Shown in pieces: positions 62,301-64,000 of a stretch of 64,000 nucleotides of DNA. The notes below the pieces were generated by a model. It had not been told where the DNA came from. It did not search any database and saw nothing but the letters and a program-made list of their open reading frames with translations. Numbering within the stretch: position 1 is the first letter of the stretch; each line of letters opens with the position of its first letter. The stretch is taken from positions 39,372,001 to 39,436,000 of the forward strand of contig CM052817.1 of NCBI GenBank assembly GCA_028534125.1. Direction: 5' to 3'. A program made the position numbers and the translations under genes. This stretch comes from Lama glama. Its lineage: Eukaryota.

Positions 62301-64000
62301 GTGGGAGCAAAAGATAAGAATTTTTAAAACTATTCCCCTAACTCTTCAACCAGTGGAATGTTGACTCATCAGAGGAAGAGCTGACTGACTTGATATTGAG
62401 GTGATGCTTTTTCTAGGAAGGATCCTTTAGGAATCTGCAAAGTCTGGCCTCTAGAATTTCCCAATAGGCATTTTTTTTTATAAAGTTATATCCATCATCA
62501 AAAGGCCCCAAATGTTTTTGCTCATTTACATTTATAATAGTTGTCAGATTCAAATATTCTTCACTAGTCCACTTAGGAAGTATGTTATATTAACTAACAA
62601 GAATAATTATGTTTCACTTTATTTTGCTTTGACAATAATGAGAGGAAAAGAAAAAGTAGTAGTCTTTCTTTAACCCTGATGGGACCAGAAGGAAGCCACG
62701 GGGTCAGTGAAAGATTGGTGGATTAGAACTGGAACTCTGGTGGTTCTCATTTCAAGAAAATAGCCCACTCAGTATTTCTTTTCTAAAAAAAACCATTTTA
62801 TTTATTTTATTTATTTTATTTAGATAATTAAAATGAAACAAAAATCTCCTATGACTCTAGTAAACAAAGATAACACTAGCAATGCATTAAGATATCTTTC
62901 CAAATATATACAATATTATATATAATCATATTTATATAAATATATCTATTATTGACTCTTTGTAGCTGGTTTAAGGATATTAATTAATATATAGATCCTG
63001 AATACATACAAATGAATACAGAACTCAGCACCTCTCCCTTCTTTGCTGTTAACACCATATCAGGCCAGGGCAAAACATGAATATGACTTACTTTTTCCAA
63101 CACTGCTTTCCCTGCTTCAAAAGTATGAACTCTCTCTTCCAAGCTTAGAAGCTCAGTATCTTTTCTGGTAAAAATCATCACCATGAATAGTGTAAAAATA
63201 AAGAACGAGTCTAAAATGAAACAAAAAAGTAGGCATAAGCTTAGGGAATAGTTTTCTTCATCTAAACCTATCAATCAAGATGTTAAGCACTCATAACACA
63301 TTTCAATCAAACTCACGTGAAACTTGGCACTTCCGAGCCCTGCTCCTCTCACAGTCATATGGTCCTGCTCCCTGTCAAACAGCCTTCAGCTTCATGGGAG
63401 TGACATCTGTACCTCCAGATGTTCATGTTTTATCAGGCCCTTCGCAGCCATTTTGATCAGGGTACATGTACACAAATTATATCATAAATCTTCTCACACT
63501 TCATATACTATATCAAATAAGAAAAACCACCAAATTTACACAGAGCTATATTAAGCCCAGGAAATGTAACTTGAGATTTAACACACTATTTATAAGGATG
63601 TGCTATTATTCTTAATCCCTCAATTAATACCAGCTAGCACTACTGTACAGATTTATTACGGACCATATGCTCCTTAATTATCACTGCCTCCCAAAGTTAC
63701 CACTCTGCACATCTGCAGCCGATGTGGGCTGCTGTTCCTCTGTCCCTGCCTCAGCAGGATCAGAGAACCATTTTTCAGCTGGACACCTTGACGAAGAGTC
63801 AACCCCAACATCGTCTCAGAAGAGTGATTATAATGAAATAAAAGGAAAGGGAAACTGACAGTGTTTCAGGGAGAGCGCTGAGGAAGGAAGAGATCCACTG
63901 TCAATGACGTACCTCATCTTTCAGGTTCATAGTAACTGAAATGGATTTTAATTGTTGATTGTTCATGTTCAGCCTCCAAAATCTGGCTGTTGCCAATGGA

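Overview
This is AT-rich, repeat-dense mammalian genomic DNA, most likely camelid: it carries a tRNA-derived Vic-1-type SINE and young L1 3' ends that I recognise as camelid-type. There is one 500-N assembly gap (30807-31306). I find no supportable intact protein-coding gene, tRNA, rRNA or miRNA; the ORF track is short spurious ORFs, repeat-derived ORFs and ORFs spanning Ns. The window looks like an intergenic desert or a large intron. It contains MIR, L2, L3/CR1, old and young L1, MLT1 LTRs and hAT/Tigger DNA-transposon fossils, separated by repeat-poor blocks that look like enhancers. Repeat subfamily names come from remembered consensus sequences, not from a search. The most notable observations are: (1) an orphan polyadenylated retro-insertion of unknown origin splitting an MLT1 LTR; (2) a clean ~315-bp inversion inside an ancient L1 with a hairpin at one breakpoint; (3) a very divergent ORF1p/Transposase_22-like fossil; (4) a cluster of four PBX-HOX TGATNNAT motifs; (5) a young L1 with a perfect TSD and a possible micro 3' transduction, forming an inverted pair with a near-identical L1 end 1.5 kb away. 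I see no evidence of a novel multi-gene system.
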